From Nemertoderma westbladi (Eukaryota > Animalia > Xenacoelomorpha): 64,000 bases of DNA. The translations under genes were made by a program, and so were the position numbers. Shown here in pieces: positions 36,424 to 46,557 of this stretch. Where the stretch lies: positions 39,264-103,263 of the forward strand of contig JAUCBJ010006157.1 in NCBI GenBank assembly GCA_032718475.1, given 5' to 3'. Each line of letters starts with the position of its first letter. The stretch's first letter is position 1. Below the pieces are notes generated by a model. It had not been told where the DNA came from. It made no database searches and was given only the letters and a program-made list of their open reading frames with translations.

Positions 36424-38748
36424 GGGGGGAACATTCTCAAACAGACATCACCATCGAGGATAACCCGTTTCTAGAATGTTGCTGCTTTAATGCCCAATCT
36501 CTGGGCAATAAATTACCAGATTTAGATTCTTTTTTATCTACGCACCGTTTGGATATTGTAGGAATTACAGAAAGTTGGTTGACAGACTCAATTGCCGATG
36601 GAATGGTCAATGGTTCTGGGAGATACAACATTTATCGTAAGGATCGGTCATCCTCATCAGTTGGAGGTGGGGTTGCCATTTTAGTTAAGAAACATTTGCA
36701 ATGCTTGCCGGTTTGTTTAAAAACTGATAATATGACGGATGATTTAGAATTGGTTGCAGTGGATCTTATTGGAGAAACACGCTGTAGACTTATATGTGTC
36801 TATCGCCCCCCATCACAATCGATCGATAAGGATGAACGTTTGTGTGCCTATTTATCTAAGCTTTGTGACGTTGACTGCCCGGTATCTATTTTTGGTGATT
36901 TTAACCTTCCTTATTACGACTGGGGAACTCATAGCCACCCCGATAATATTCTTTATAATTTATTTTCGACCTTTATTTTAGAAAACGGTTTAAACCAGTT
37001 ACAACTAAAGCCAACACGTATGGGTCATGTACTGGATTTAGTATTTACATCTGAGGACTTTTTTGTATCTAATGTTAACACAAGCACCACTTTTTGTACT
37101 AGTGATCATGATAGCGTTGTTTTTAGCATTCTAGCACCTAAACATGTTTTCAGTTCCAAAAATGAAAGTACAGGTTTCTATGATTTTAAAAAAGCTAATT
37201 ATCAGGATTTTTCTGTTTTTATTCAGAGCCAAAACTGGGTTGATATATTCGAAAGCTGTGTAAACGTAGACAATTATTGGGATGCTTTTCTTGGTGTATT
37301 AAAAACGGGCATAGATCAATTTGTGCCTTTCATAACCTTTAGTAAAAAAAAGTCACATCCGTTTTTTGTTACTGATTTACAAAGAAAGAAAAAATTATTG
37401 TGGCGGAGACGTCACACAGATGTTGGCAGACAAGAATACAATAAGTGCGCCCAGGCTTTAAAGAAGGCTCTATATAGGGCCGCTTGCATTCGAGAAAATA
37501 AAATTCTGTCCTCAGACAGTTCTGAGGGAATGTTCAAATATGTAAACTCAAAACGGAAAGTTAAATCTGGTATATCCGCTCTTAAGATAAATGGCAAAAT
37601 TATTATCGATGATGTAACGAGAGCAAATATATTTTCTAGCATTTTTTCAGAAAATTTCACAAAAGATAATAATACAGTGCCTTCCATTCCCAGAAGAGTT
37701 CCACATAATGTTAATAAATGTACTATTGATTTTTCTCCAGATGCTATTTATTCTGTGCTTAGAAAACTAGATGGGAAATTGAGTAGAACTCCAGATGGAG
37801 TACCCAGTTATATTTTTTCGAAACTTCCAAGGTGCTTATCTATTCCATTATCAGTTATTTTTAATGTATCTTTCTGTTCAAGTGCATTGCCTACAGTTTG
37901 GCGCACAGCCTTAATTATACCGTTGTTTAAAAAAGATGATCATACTAATCCTTATAATTATAGACCGGTCTCTCTCACATGTGTCAGTTGTAAGATTATG
38001 GAGATTTGCATAAAAAATGAAATCTTAGATTATCTACGTGCAAATAATATCATAAGTAGGGCACAGCATGGTTTTGTAAAACGTCGTAGCACATGTACAC
38101 AACTGTTAGAGTGCACCAATAATTGGTTCAAATTATTAGATGATCGTAAGGATGTAGATATAATATACGTTGACTGTGCAAAGGCATTCGACTCTGTAGT
38201 TCATTCTAAGTTAATTTGTAAACTTTTAAGTTACGGTATTAGTGGTAATTTATTACTTTGGATCAGTGCTTTCTTATCAAATCGTACGCAAAGTGTGATT
38301 GTAGGTACATCTATTTCGGTTCAAACTAATGTCCTATCTGGTACTGTGCAAGGAAGTGTTTTGGGGCCATTATTATTTTTACTTTACGTAAACGAATTAC
38401 CAGAAATATTAGGCAGCAATTACGTTAGTTGTAAATTATTTGCTGACGATCTGAAATTATACTGTAACTCATCTACGAGTCACCTATTGAATCTAGCTCT
38501 TAAGGATCTGGAATTCTGGACTCAGCAGTGGCAGATTAAAATAGCGGCTCATAAATGCTCTGTGCTTCATATCAGTACAGGTAGAATAGATTGTAATTAC
38601 AGTAATGAATACCATCTATGTGGTTCAAAATTGAGATATGATACATCTTGTAGGGATCTGGGTATAACTATAAGTAGTGATTTAAAGTTTAACTTATACT
38701 TTAGGGAGCAGGTGAAGAAGGCGTATAAAATAGTTAATATGATATTCA
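36369..38748 (+). pseudogene. LINE ORF2, 5' part (APE endonuclease and reverse transcriptase)
   Basis: FNAQSL, GITESW, YRPP, GDFN, LDL, SDH; YRPVSLT, DCAKAFD, GTVQGSVLGP, FADD; cut at the transposon insertion. Confidence 0.92.
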
Positions 38749-38835
38749 TACGGTGGTGAGTTGCGGCCAATTATTGCATTTTTTTTTTAAACGTTTAAAA
38801 AAAGTTATTTAAGTTTGTAAAAAAAAAATAATGTT

Positions 38836-39045
38836 TAAATTAATGTTTTGCTAAAAAAAATTAATGTTTTGCTAAAAAAAAGTTAATGTTTTGTTAAAAA
38901 AAATTAATGTTTTGCTAAAAAAAAATTAATGTTTTGCTAAAAAAAATTAATGTTTTGCTAAAAAAAAATTAATGTTTTGCTAAAAAAAATTAATGTTTTG
39001 CTAAAAAAAAATTAATGTTTTGCTAAAAAAAATTAATGTTTTATA
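38836..39045. repeat. Left subterminal array of ~22-bp units (AATTAATGTTTTGCTAAAAAAA); inverted counterpart at ~42705-42985
   Basis: About 9 copies on the left and ~12 inverted copies on the right. Confidence 0.9.
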
Positions 39046-39449
39046 AAGTATAATTTGAATTTCCCGCTTTCTTCTGGCTTGTTGAAGTGAAGACAGAAGG
39101 CCTATCGAAAGATTTTAACTTTCAGTCTCCCCTTCAGTTGTTGTATTATAATATTAGCTGTAGGTAGATACCGGTACGGTTGGTATGTGTAGGGAAGGGA
39201 AGAAAGGCCTATTATCATATTGGACTATACAAACCTGACACCAACTGCAAGAGTAAGAGTCTTTCACGGATGCTAACTGTACTGTGGATGAGGGTGTGTT
39301 TAGTGTAACGCAGTAAAGTAAAGTAGTGCGCTACATACCGGTACATGCTGTACAGTATATGTACTTTAAGTGCAGTATCAGTACATATATACTGTATAAT
39401 CAATAGCAATAGAGCCTACACGCATGTTATTGTAGTATTGGGCGGCGTC

Positions 39450-41075
39450 ATGGATAATGAGCGACGGCGGCTTTATACTGCCTTACGGCATGAACTAAAC
39501 AATCTTATTTCCGATACAGAAAGACCAACCAGCGGTGGGACAAGTGTGCCGAGTTGTACGTCTTCAGGTTCCTTAGAAAAGGTTCCTTCGGGTTCCTCAG
39601 AAAACACTGTAGATTCGAATTTTATGAGTTGTGACGAGTCTGTCTCTAGGCCTATGTATTCATGTAAAGCAAAAGGTACAGGAAGTTCAAGGTTGCGTTC
39701 CTTACAGCGGGGGCGCCCAAAGTTAAAAGATAAAGCCATTCTGTTCAAATGTTTAGTCGACACAGGTAGGGGCACTGCGGTAATTAAAAAACCCCTTGGT
39801 GCCTCAACTACACTTAGGATTATGGTACCACTGCGACAACCCATTATAAGTGTAAAAAATCTTATCATTGATAAACTCTTTCCTAATGGGAAAAATAGGA
39901 CATTGTTAGCGAAGAAATTACCTTCAGCTCCAAGTGAATACGATTTCACTTTAGTCGATGCGAATAACGATTCCATTGAGAGCTACAAATGTTTAGATGA
40001 ATATTGTGTTGCAAATTGTGTTGTTGGAGTACCACGTATTGACATCTTATGTTGTAAGCTATCGGTAGTTGAAGACTCAACTATAGATCAAAATGTTATT
40101 GACTCAACTATAAATCAAGATGTTATTGACACAGGGGGGCCATTTCGAGAACTCTTATCGTTATTTTTTTTGCATCAACCGCCATCCCTTTTCAGAGGAC
40201 AGTATCCACATTTTACCTTCCGTCACAATTTGGAATTATTAACCAATTTCAAAAACTTAGGTAAAATTGTAGCATTGGGTCTTATTAACGGCGCCGCAGG
40301 TCCACATTTCCTCACCCATTCTCTGGCATGTGCAGTATTAGATATTCCATTTAAAACCGCTCTAGAAGAAGTCCCCCTTGACGAAGAATATCGCGAGAAA
40401 CTAATTTCAATTAAACAATCAATCGATGAGACTACATTTCAGGAATGCATGGGGTCATTCACAGAGCGTTTTGATATGGGGGTGGTAAAGGGTTCCCTAA
40501 GCATAGACGAAAAGGATAGTTTATTGAGTTTATTGTGTCGCCATATTGTTGTTAGCTCAGTTGGGGAAGAGATATATAATTTTAAAGAAGGCCTTAACAT
40601 CTTTGGTGTTTATGATATTATGAGAGAGTATCCTGAGGAGAGTTACAAAGCGTTGACTTTTGTAGAAGTTACTTACGAAGAGGCCAAAATGTGTTTTAAT
40701 CCCATATATGAATCTGGAGAAAAGACAAGACAGCGTGAAAAGGAAATAGAAATAACTTTCAAATTTCATAATTTCATGAAGAAAGCTAGCAAAGGATTAC
40801 TATCAATGGAGATCATTACTAATGATGATACAGTTAGAAAGTTCTTATCACTTGGTGACATTATTCAGTTTGGAAGTGGCTCCCGCTATCCAAACTTTGA
40901 AGGAGAACTTAGATTTTTCCAAACTGAGGACAAGCAAAGACGACTTGTTGGAGATACTTGCGGAAAAGTAATACGATTTCCTATAAATGATCGTTACTTG
41001 TTGGGTTCAAGCGATCAATTTTCGAGGCGTCTGCTGACTGATATGTTTGATGATCTGGGTTTTGGACTTCAGTAG
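39450..41075 (+). CDS. Transposon-encoded HECT-domain E3 ubiquitin ligase-like protein (~541 aa; ORF open from 39345)
   Basis: DTGGPFRE (HECT N-lobe motif), LGKIVALGLING, FKEGL, GDTCGKVIRFP (catalytic Cys), C-terminal GFGLQ* with Phe at -4. Confidence 0.8.
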   Translation: MDNERRRLYTALRHELNNLISDTERPTSGGTSVPSCTSSGSLEKVPSGSSENTVDSNFMSCDESVSRPMYSCKAKGTGSSRLRSLQRGRPKLKDKAILFKCLVDTGRGTAVIKKPLGASTTLRIMVPLRQPIISVKNLIIDKLFPNGKNRTLLAKKLPSAPSEYDFTLVDANNDSIESYKCLDEYCVANCVVGVPRIDILCCKLSVVEDSTIDQNVIDSTINQDVIDTGGPFRELLSLFFLHQPPSLFRGQYPHFTFRHNLELLTNFKNLGKIVALGLINGAAGPHFLTHSLACAVLDIPFKTALEEVPLDEEYREKLISIKQSIDETTFQECMGSFTERFDMGVVKGSLSIDEKDSLLSLLCRHIVVSSVGEEIYNFKEGLNIFGVYDIMREYPEESYKALTFVEVTYEEAKMCFNPIYESGEKTRQREKEIEITFKFHNFMKKASKGLLSMEIITNDDTVRKFLSLGDIIQFGSGSRYPNFEGELRFFQTEDKQRRLVGDTCGKVIRFPINDRYLLGSSDQFSRRLLTDMFDDLGFGLQ

Positions 41076-41080
41076 ATTTT

Positions 41081-41238
41081 TGAGACGGGTTACGGGACTT
41101 CTGCGGGTTTCCCGTCGATTATTGAGACAGGTTATGGGAATTCTGCGGGTTTCCCGTCGATTATTGAGACGGGTTATGGGACTTCTGCGGGTTTCCCGTC
41201 GATTATTGAGACGGGTTATGGGACTTCTGCGGGTTTAC
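41081..41238. repeat. 42-bp tandem repeat (~3.7 copies) between the convergent ORF ends
   Basis: TGAGACGGGTTATGGGACTTCTGCGGGTTTCCCGTCGATTAT repeated from 41081. Confidence 0.9.
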
Positions 41239-41434
41239 TGTCTGTGTGTCTATTATTAATAATTGGTTTAATCAATCATTTAAAATGTTTTTAATAATTA
41301 TAAATCATATGTTCAGTAATTGTTACCTATACTTATTTATTGACAACTATATACAAGTTGGGGAACAAAAAATGCACTTCAAATACAATTGAAATAAATA
41401 CATACAGTAGTAATGCAAATGTGTTTGTATCTTA

Positions 41435-42583
41435 CTAAATATATGAATCAATTTCCTTCATAATAATATTAATTAAGTACAGCGCCGTCGCTTTACAATC
41501 CCCAAGATTTACACATTCTGATGGTTGTTTAAATGATAATTCATTATTTAATAAATAATGACTAAGGTTTTTCACTGATTCTATACAGTTTGGCACATCA
41601 TACGCAAAACATTTCACCTGCTCAATTGAAGAAGCACCTACTGGTCTAAGATAGTTTGGTTTGTCGAGATACAGTATACTTGGCTTTCCACCCTTCGATA
41701 TAATCCCACTCTTCCTCAAACGGTGTGCGTTCCATACCAGGAGCACATTTTCTAGAGTCCTTTGCAGCAAATCCAGGTAAACATAGCGTATTATCTCTAT
41801 ATGTAGGACGTTAGATGTATCAATTAATCCCTCGTAATCTAGCACCATGAAATGGTCCATCCAAAGTTGCAATCCGAGTTGGGGAAATTTCGACCACCAG
41901 GCCTCGATTCTTTGGTTTCGGGAACTTTTCCCATATAAGAAAACTTTCCCGGTCAAAGCACAATTGTCACGGTGTGGAAAGCGTAGAAAACGTTGAATGG
42001 TTTCCACATTCACGTTTTCGGTTCCTCGATCTGAACGTATCAAATTTGGCACGCCCCCCATTGCGCAGACAACTTCTAAAAAATATTGACCTATGATAAA
42101 GGGATCATTATTAGTGGATGCACTCTTCAGCCAAATTAATTTGCGGCTATAACCGTCGATGCAGCCATGGATGGCTAAGCCAAACGGCTTTAGCTTATCC
42201 CATCCGTCCATATGGAATATAAAGTTTGGCCCCTTTGCTATGTAGGTTCGTCTCACAAGTTTATTCCCCAGGCGTTGTTTTACTAGGTCGGGATTTAAGA
42301 CTTTCTGAATGAAGGCCACAATTTCCTCACGGACAAAGAGGCCATACTTGAACAGCAGTATTTTCTTCATATGTCTATAGCCAGAAGAAGGCTCCGCAAG
42401 AATTGCACTAACTATTTCGGGTAACCGTTCGATTTGAAACCTCTTATGCAATTCCATATCGCCCAATCGTCGACGAATTGTTCGTATAGAAATATCCTCA
42501 AAGTGCTCTTCACGCAGTAAGCAAGAGATTTCCTTGTATGTAAATCCCTTCTTAAAGTATTCTAGCAACACGCGGTTGTCCAT
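41435..42583 (-). CDS. DDE transposase (IS3/integrase-like core), 382 aa
   Basis: N-terminal HTH (GFTYKEI..ISIRTIRRRL); HMDGWDKL..GCIDGYSRK, RSDRGTEN and NQRIEAWW give the D-D-E triad; uninterrupted ORF. Confidence 0.92.
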   Translation of the reverse strand: MDNRVLLEYFKKGFTYKEISCLLREEHFEDISIRTIRRRLGDMELHKRFQIERLPEIVSAILAEPSSGYRHMKKILLFKYGLFVREEIVAFIQKVLNPDLVKQRLGNKLVRRTYIAKGPNFIFHMDGWDKLKPFGLAIHGCIDGYSRKLIWLKSASTNNDPFIIGQYFLEVVCAMGGVPNLIRSDRGTENVNVETIQRFLRFPHRDNCALTGKVFLYGKSSRNQRIEAWWSKFPQLGLQLWMDHFMVLDYEGLIDTSNVLHIEIIRYVYLDLLQRTLENVLLVWNAHRLRKSGIISKGGKPSILYLDKPNYLRPVGASSIEQVKCFAYDVPNCIESVKNLSHYLLNNELSFKQPSECVNLGDCKATALYLINIIMKEIDSYI

Positions 42584-43059
42584 GTCCGTACGAAATAATT
42601 AATCGGATAGCTTACCGGTATCGCGTACAATAAGACTACAGTCTAATCGTATTGCACACAATTAACAACCAAGAATGAAGTACCTAAGCCTATGTAGGTC
42701 TACTTATCAAAACATTAATTTTTTTTATCAAAATATAAATTTTTTTTTATCAAAACATTAATTTTTTTTATCAAAACATTATTTTTTTTTTTATCAAAAC
42801 ATTATTTTTTTTAACAAAACATTAATTTTTTTTTATCAAAACATTAATTTTTTTTTATCAAAACATTATTTTTTTAACAAAACATTAATTTTTTTTTATC
42901 AAAACATTAATTTTTTTTTATCAAAACATTATTTTTTTTTAACAAAACATTAATTTTTTTTTAGCAAAACATTAATTTTTTTTTTCAAACTTAAATAACT
43001 TTTTTTAAACGTTTAAAAAAAAATGCAATAATTGGCCGCAACTCACCACCGTATATTCA

Positions 43060-43592
43060 GATGTTTTCATACTGGTAATTTAAACGCAATTCTTACTGCC
43101 TATAAGTCCTACGTGCGACCTATTCTAGAATACTGTACTCCGGTTAGCTCACCCTTTTACTTTGGTACAATTGATTTAATTGAGCGTCTCCAACGGTACT
43201 TTACTCGTAGACTTTTTGCCCGTTGTAACTTAGGCCGTACAAGTTATCTAAACAGGCTGAGAATCTTAGAACTACAGCCTTTAGAAGTACGAAGACATAT
43301 TTTTGATCTTACAATGACTTACAACATTATACATCAACTTGTTGATCTACCACAAGAAATTTTTTTTACTTTTGCAAATACGGTGCGGTGCAATCGAGGA
43401 CATTCTTATAAACTTTTTAAACGTTTTACTAGATTAGAGATAACTAAGTATTCCTATTCAAACCGTGTAGTAAGTGTATGGAACGATTTACCGTCAGACG
43501 TAGTTATGGCAGTCAATATTAATGTTTTTAAGAACTTGTTAAAAAAAGTAGATCTTTTACCTTATTGTAGTTTTGATAGATTTTTGGATTAG
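43060..43592 (+). pseudogene. LINE ORF2, 3' part
   Basis: Removing the transposon plus one TSD restores KIVNMIF-RCFHTG..YKSYVRPILEYC..RGHSYKL..SNRVVSVWNDLP in a single 971-codon frame. Confidence 0.92.
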
Positions 43593-44085
43593 TAATTTTT
43601 ACAATATATAAGAAACATGTATTTAGTATTTTAAATTAACGATATTTTTAAGTGCAATTGTTGCCCGTAAGTGTCCATGTAACCTGGGTGATGTTCTCCC
43701 TTTTAATTAATTTTTTATATGTTAATGATTAATAAAAGAGTGTATTATTATTATATTATATTATTATCTACATACAATATTGTAATAAAAAGATTTATGA
43801 ACTGTGAAAGATTGTTTCATCCCATCAGGTAGAGAAAAGATTGGATAATTTTTTCTGCTATATGAGTTCACTAAATTTATAAAAAATATCATATCTGAAG
43901 TTACGGCTCGGCTGTTCATTCTGTCATTCGGCGTGTTCATATTCGGGCAGTGAGGGTATAGGTAGGCCAGAACCTACAGACATATCCGTTTATACTGTCG
44001 TACTGTCGTATATAGCAGTATAGCAGTATACAGGTATAGGCTTAGCCTAGGCGTTTCTGGTACCGGTAATTTTTTTATTAGCACA

Positions 44086-46557
44086 ATGGCAGATAAGCGA
44101 AAGATGAATGACAGTCAACAGGACGAGTATAACAATATGCCGCCTTCAAAAGTTGTTATAATTGAAGATATAGAATGCAATAATTACCAAAGCACTCCTG
44201 TGAAACCAAAGCCAGTTGATATTTCCGCCATAATGGATGTTAGTACACCAATGTCATCTCCGAAACCGGAGTGTATTCTGATTTCTCCAGCTGAGGATGT
44301 GATTAATGTCCACAACGATACAGGTAGTACCATACCTGAAGCGAATCTCGTCCACGGAGGATGTAGTATGGCGGAAGATGACAGCGGCGATATTATATTT
44401 GTTAAAGAAGTAAGTTTTAATTCATCGAACAATTCGTCTTTTGGAATAACACCGAGAAAATCCCCCTCCACATGGCGGTTGAGCTCCAGTGCCAGGAAAA
44501 AAACTCCAGTTCGGGAGCCGCTTAAAGAAAATTATAGCGGCGCGCATGAAAATACAGACTCGTATCAATGTAAGCCTACCGCTAGCTGCAGTAAATATTC
44601 CAACCCCGAGCAGAAACGAATATCAGACTATTTCGTTCCAATTTCCTCAAATTTAAAAATTAAATCTACTCCTCAAACGGCCGATAACTATTGTTCCACT
44701 AATGTAAAAGACGGAGTCGGTTTAGCAAAGAGAAGTTTAACGTTCCCTGATGCAGAGGAATCCTGGTGGCCAGACATTTCAGCGTCGATAGATACCTGTA
44801 CACAGTTGGTCTCCAACAGCGATATCCAACAGACCTCGCCAGCAGGTCCATCGATAACAAAGGGACAGACGATACCGTCTGCAGGTCCAACTTTGCCGCC
44901 AGCCAGTGCAGCGGTATCGCCAGCCAGTGCAGCGGCACCGCCAGCCAGTGCAGCGGCACCGCCAGCCAGTGCAGCGGCACCGGCAGTTGGTACGGCGGTA
45001 CCGGCAGTTGGTCCGGTGGTACCTGCAGCCGGTCTGGTGGTACCGGCAGGCGGTCCGGCGGTACCGGCAGGCGGTCCGGCGGTACCGGCAGGCGGTCCGG
45101 CGGTACCGGCAGGCGGTCCGGCGGTACCGGCAGTTGGTCCGGTGGTACCTGCAGCCGGTCTGGTGGTACCGGCAGGCGGTCCGGCGGTACCGGCAGGCGG
45201 TCCGGCGGTACCGGCAGGCGGTCCGGCGGTACCGGCAGGCGGTCCGGCGGTACCGGCAGGCGGTCCGGCGGTACCGGCAGGCGGTCCGGCGGTACCGGCA
45301 GGCGGTCCGCCGGTACCGGCAGCCGGTCCAGTGGTACCGGTACCTGTTGTACTGGAAATCTTGAACTTAGTACCGGCATGCGGTCCAGAGGTACCGTCTG
45401 GAGGGCTATCGGTACCGGCTGGACCAACCTCTCGTGAATGTCTAACAATACCGATTCGTGCATTTTACCGGGGAACAAGGAAGAAACGGGTTAGTTTGGA
45501 CGTTACAGCGCGTAACGCTGGCGTATCGCGTAACGCATTGCCCGTCTCGGATTGGGACAGCCAGTCCACCTCGAGCTGCGAGTCTACGTGTAGCCAATCG
45601 GTGACGGATCAGTGTCGGATAAGCCTGAAGAGATGGTCAGACGCCGATATCGAGAGGAAGAAGAAGCAATTAAAAAGTTTGAAGGCTTGGGAGAACCTGA
45701 TAAGGGCACAGAAGGGCGAGCGGGGGTCCATTACAATCGAGAACTATGTTGATTTCGACGGACCTGTTGAGGGTTTTAATTATATAAAAGATTATATGCA
45801 GGGCGCTCAGGTTAATCTACCCCCACCGTCCAGTACTCCTGGGTGTCATTGTCAGGGCGGGTGTACCGTGGACACTAAGGCCAAGCCGTCCACCTGTTGT
45901 TGCTCGTTCTTCGACGCTCCCTTCCCCTACCTTCGGGACGGGAGGGTGCGCGTTCAACCGAAAGAGTGGCCGATTTACGAGTGCAACTCGCAATGTACAT
46001 GCCCCGCGAGCTGCCCCACGCGGGTCGTACAACGCGGCAGTAAAGTGGACCTGGTCCTCTTCAAAACCCGAGATAAGGGTTGGGGGGTGCGAGCCAACCA
46101 GCTGATCAAGAAGGATGTGTTTGTCTGCGAGTACCTCGGGGAACTGATTACCTTCGAAGAGGGGTCAGAACGACCGGGAACTACCCGCGACACATATCTG
46201 TACGATCTCGATTATTTTAGCGAACGGGTTAATGGCGTTACCACCAACTCTTTATACACAGTGGACGCCCGTAACCACGGGAATATCTCCCACTTTATCA
46301 ACCACGGTTGCAGCCCAAACCTTGACATTTATTGCGTGATGATCGAATCGCGTTTCAAACCTCTCCATCGAGTCGCCTTCTTTGCGTCTCGCATTATTAA
46401 TAAAGGCGAGGAGTTAACAATCGATTACGGGTTTAAGATTACAGAGGAGACCTGCGACACTTCGACCTCTCAAGGCTCTAGCTCTACCGATAGTGCGCCG
46501 GTCACGGAAAAAATGCCATGCAAATGTGGAGCGAAAAAGTGTAGGAAATTTATGTAA
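44086..46557 (+). CDS. SUV39H: SUV39H/Su(var)3-9-family histone H3K9 methyltransferase-like protein, intronless, no recognisable chromodomain, 823 aa
   Basis: LKAWE..ITIENYVDFDGP (SUV39H-type), pre-SET Cys cluster, GWGVR, FVCEYLGE, YLYDLDY, GNISHFINHGCSPN, GEELTIDY, post-SET CKCGAKKCR. Confidence 0.88.
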   Translation: MADKRKMNDSQQDEYNNMPPSKVVIIEDIECNNYQSTPVKPKPVDISAIMDVSTPMSSPKPECILISPAEDVINVHNDTGSTIPEANLVHGGCSMAEDDSGDIIFVKEVSFNSSNNSSFGITPRKSPSTWRLSSSARKKTPVREPLKENYSGAHENTDSYQCKPTASCSKYSNPEQKRISDYFVPISSNLKIKSTPQTADNYCSTNVKDGVGLAKRSLTFPDAEESWWPDISASIDTCTQLVSNSDIQQTSPAGPSITKGQTIPSAGPTLPPASAAVSPASAAAPPASAAAPPASAAAPAVGTAVPAVGPVVPAAGLVVPAGGPAVPAGGPAVPAGGPAVPAGGPAVPAVGPVVPAAGLVVPAGGPAVPAGGPAVPAGGPAVPAGGPAVPAGGPAVPAGGPAVPAGGPPVPAAGPVVPVPVVLEILNLVPACGPEVPSGGLSVPAGPTSRECLTIPIRAFYRGTRKKRVSLDVTARNAGVSRNALPVSDWDSQSTSSCESTCSQSVTDQCRISLKRWSDADIERKKKQLKSLKAWENLIRAQKGERGSITIENYVDFDGPVEGFNYIKDYMQGAQVNLPPPSSTPGCHCQGGCTVDTKAKPSTCCCSFFDAPFPYLRDGRVRVQPKEWPIYECNSQCTCPASCPTRVVQRGSKVDLVLFKTRDKGWGVRANQLIKKDVFVCEYLGELITFEEGSERPGTTRDTYLYDLDYFSERVNGVTTNSLYTVDARNHGNISHFINHGCSPNLDIYCVMIESRFKPLHRVAFFASRIINKGEELTIDYGFKITEETCDTSTSQGSSSTDSAPVTEKMPCKCGAKKCRKFM
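44897..45340 (+). repeat. 21-bp coding minisatellite encoding PASAAAP / PAGGPAV heptads
   Basis: CCGGCAGGCGGTCCGGCGGTA repeated about 20 times in frame. Confidence 0.92.

Larger units (their letters stand above)
38749..43053. mobile_element. IS3EU-type DNA transposon, 4305 bp, two convergent ORFs (HECT-like E3 and DDE transposase)
   Basis: TIR TACGGTGGTGAGTTGCGGCCAATTATTGCATTT at both ends (~70 bp match); TSD TATTCA at 38743-38748 and 43054-43059; TAY..RTA termini with a 6-bp TSD fit IS3EU. Confidence 0.9.
35720..43768 (+). mobile_element. CR1-group LINE (ORF1, APE-RT ORF2, 3' UTR, TAT-repeat tail), interrupted by an IS3EU-type transposon
   Basis: ORF1 and ORF2 motifs, AATAAA at ~43731 followed by (TAT/TTA)n to ~43766; 5' end uncertain. 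Confidence 0.9.

Noticed and set aside
44699-45478. Alternative-frame and antisense repeat ORFs in the SET gene
   Set aside because: Other-frame readings of the 21-bp coding minisatellite.
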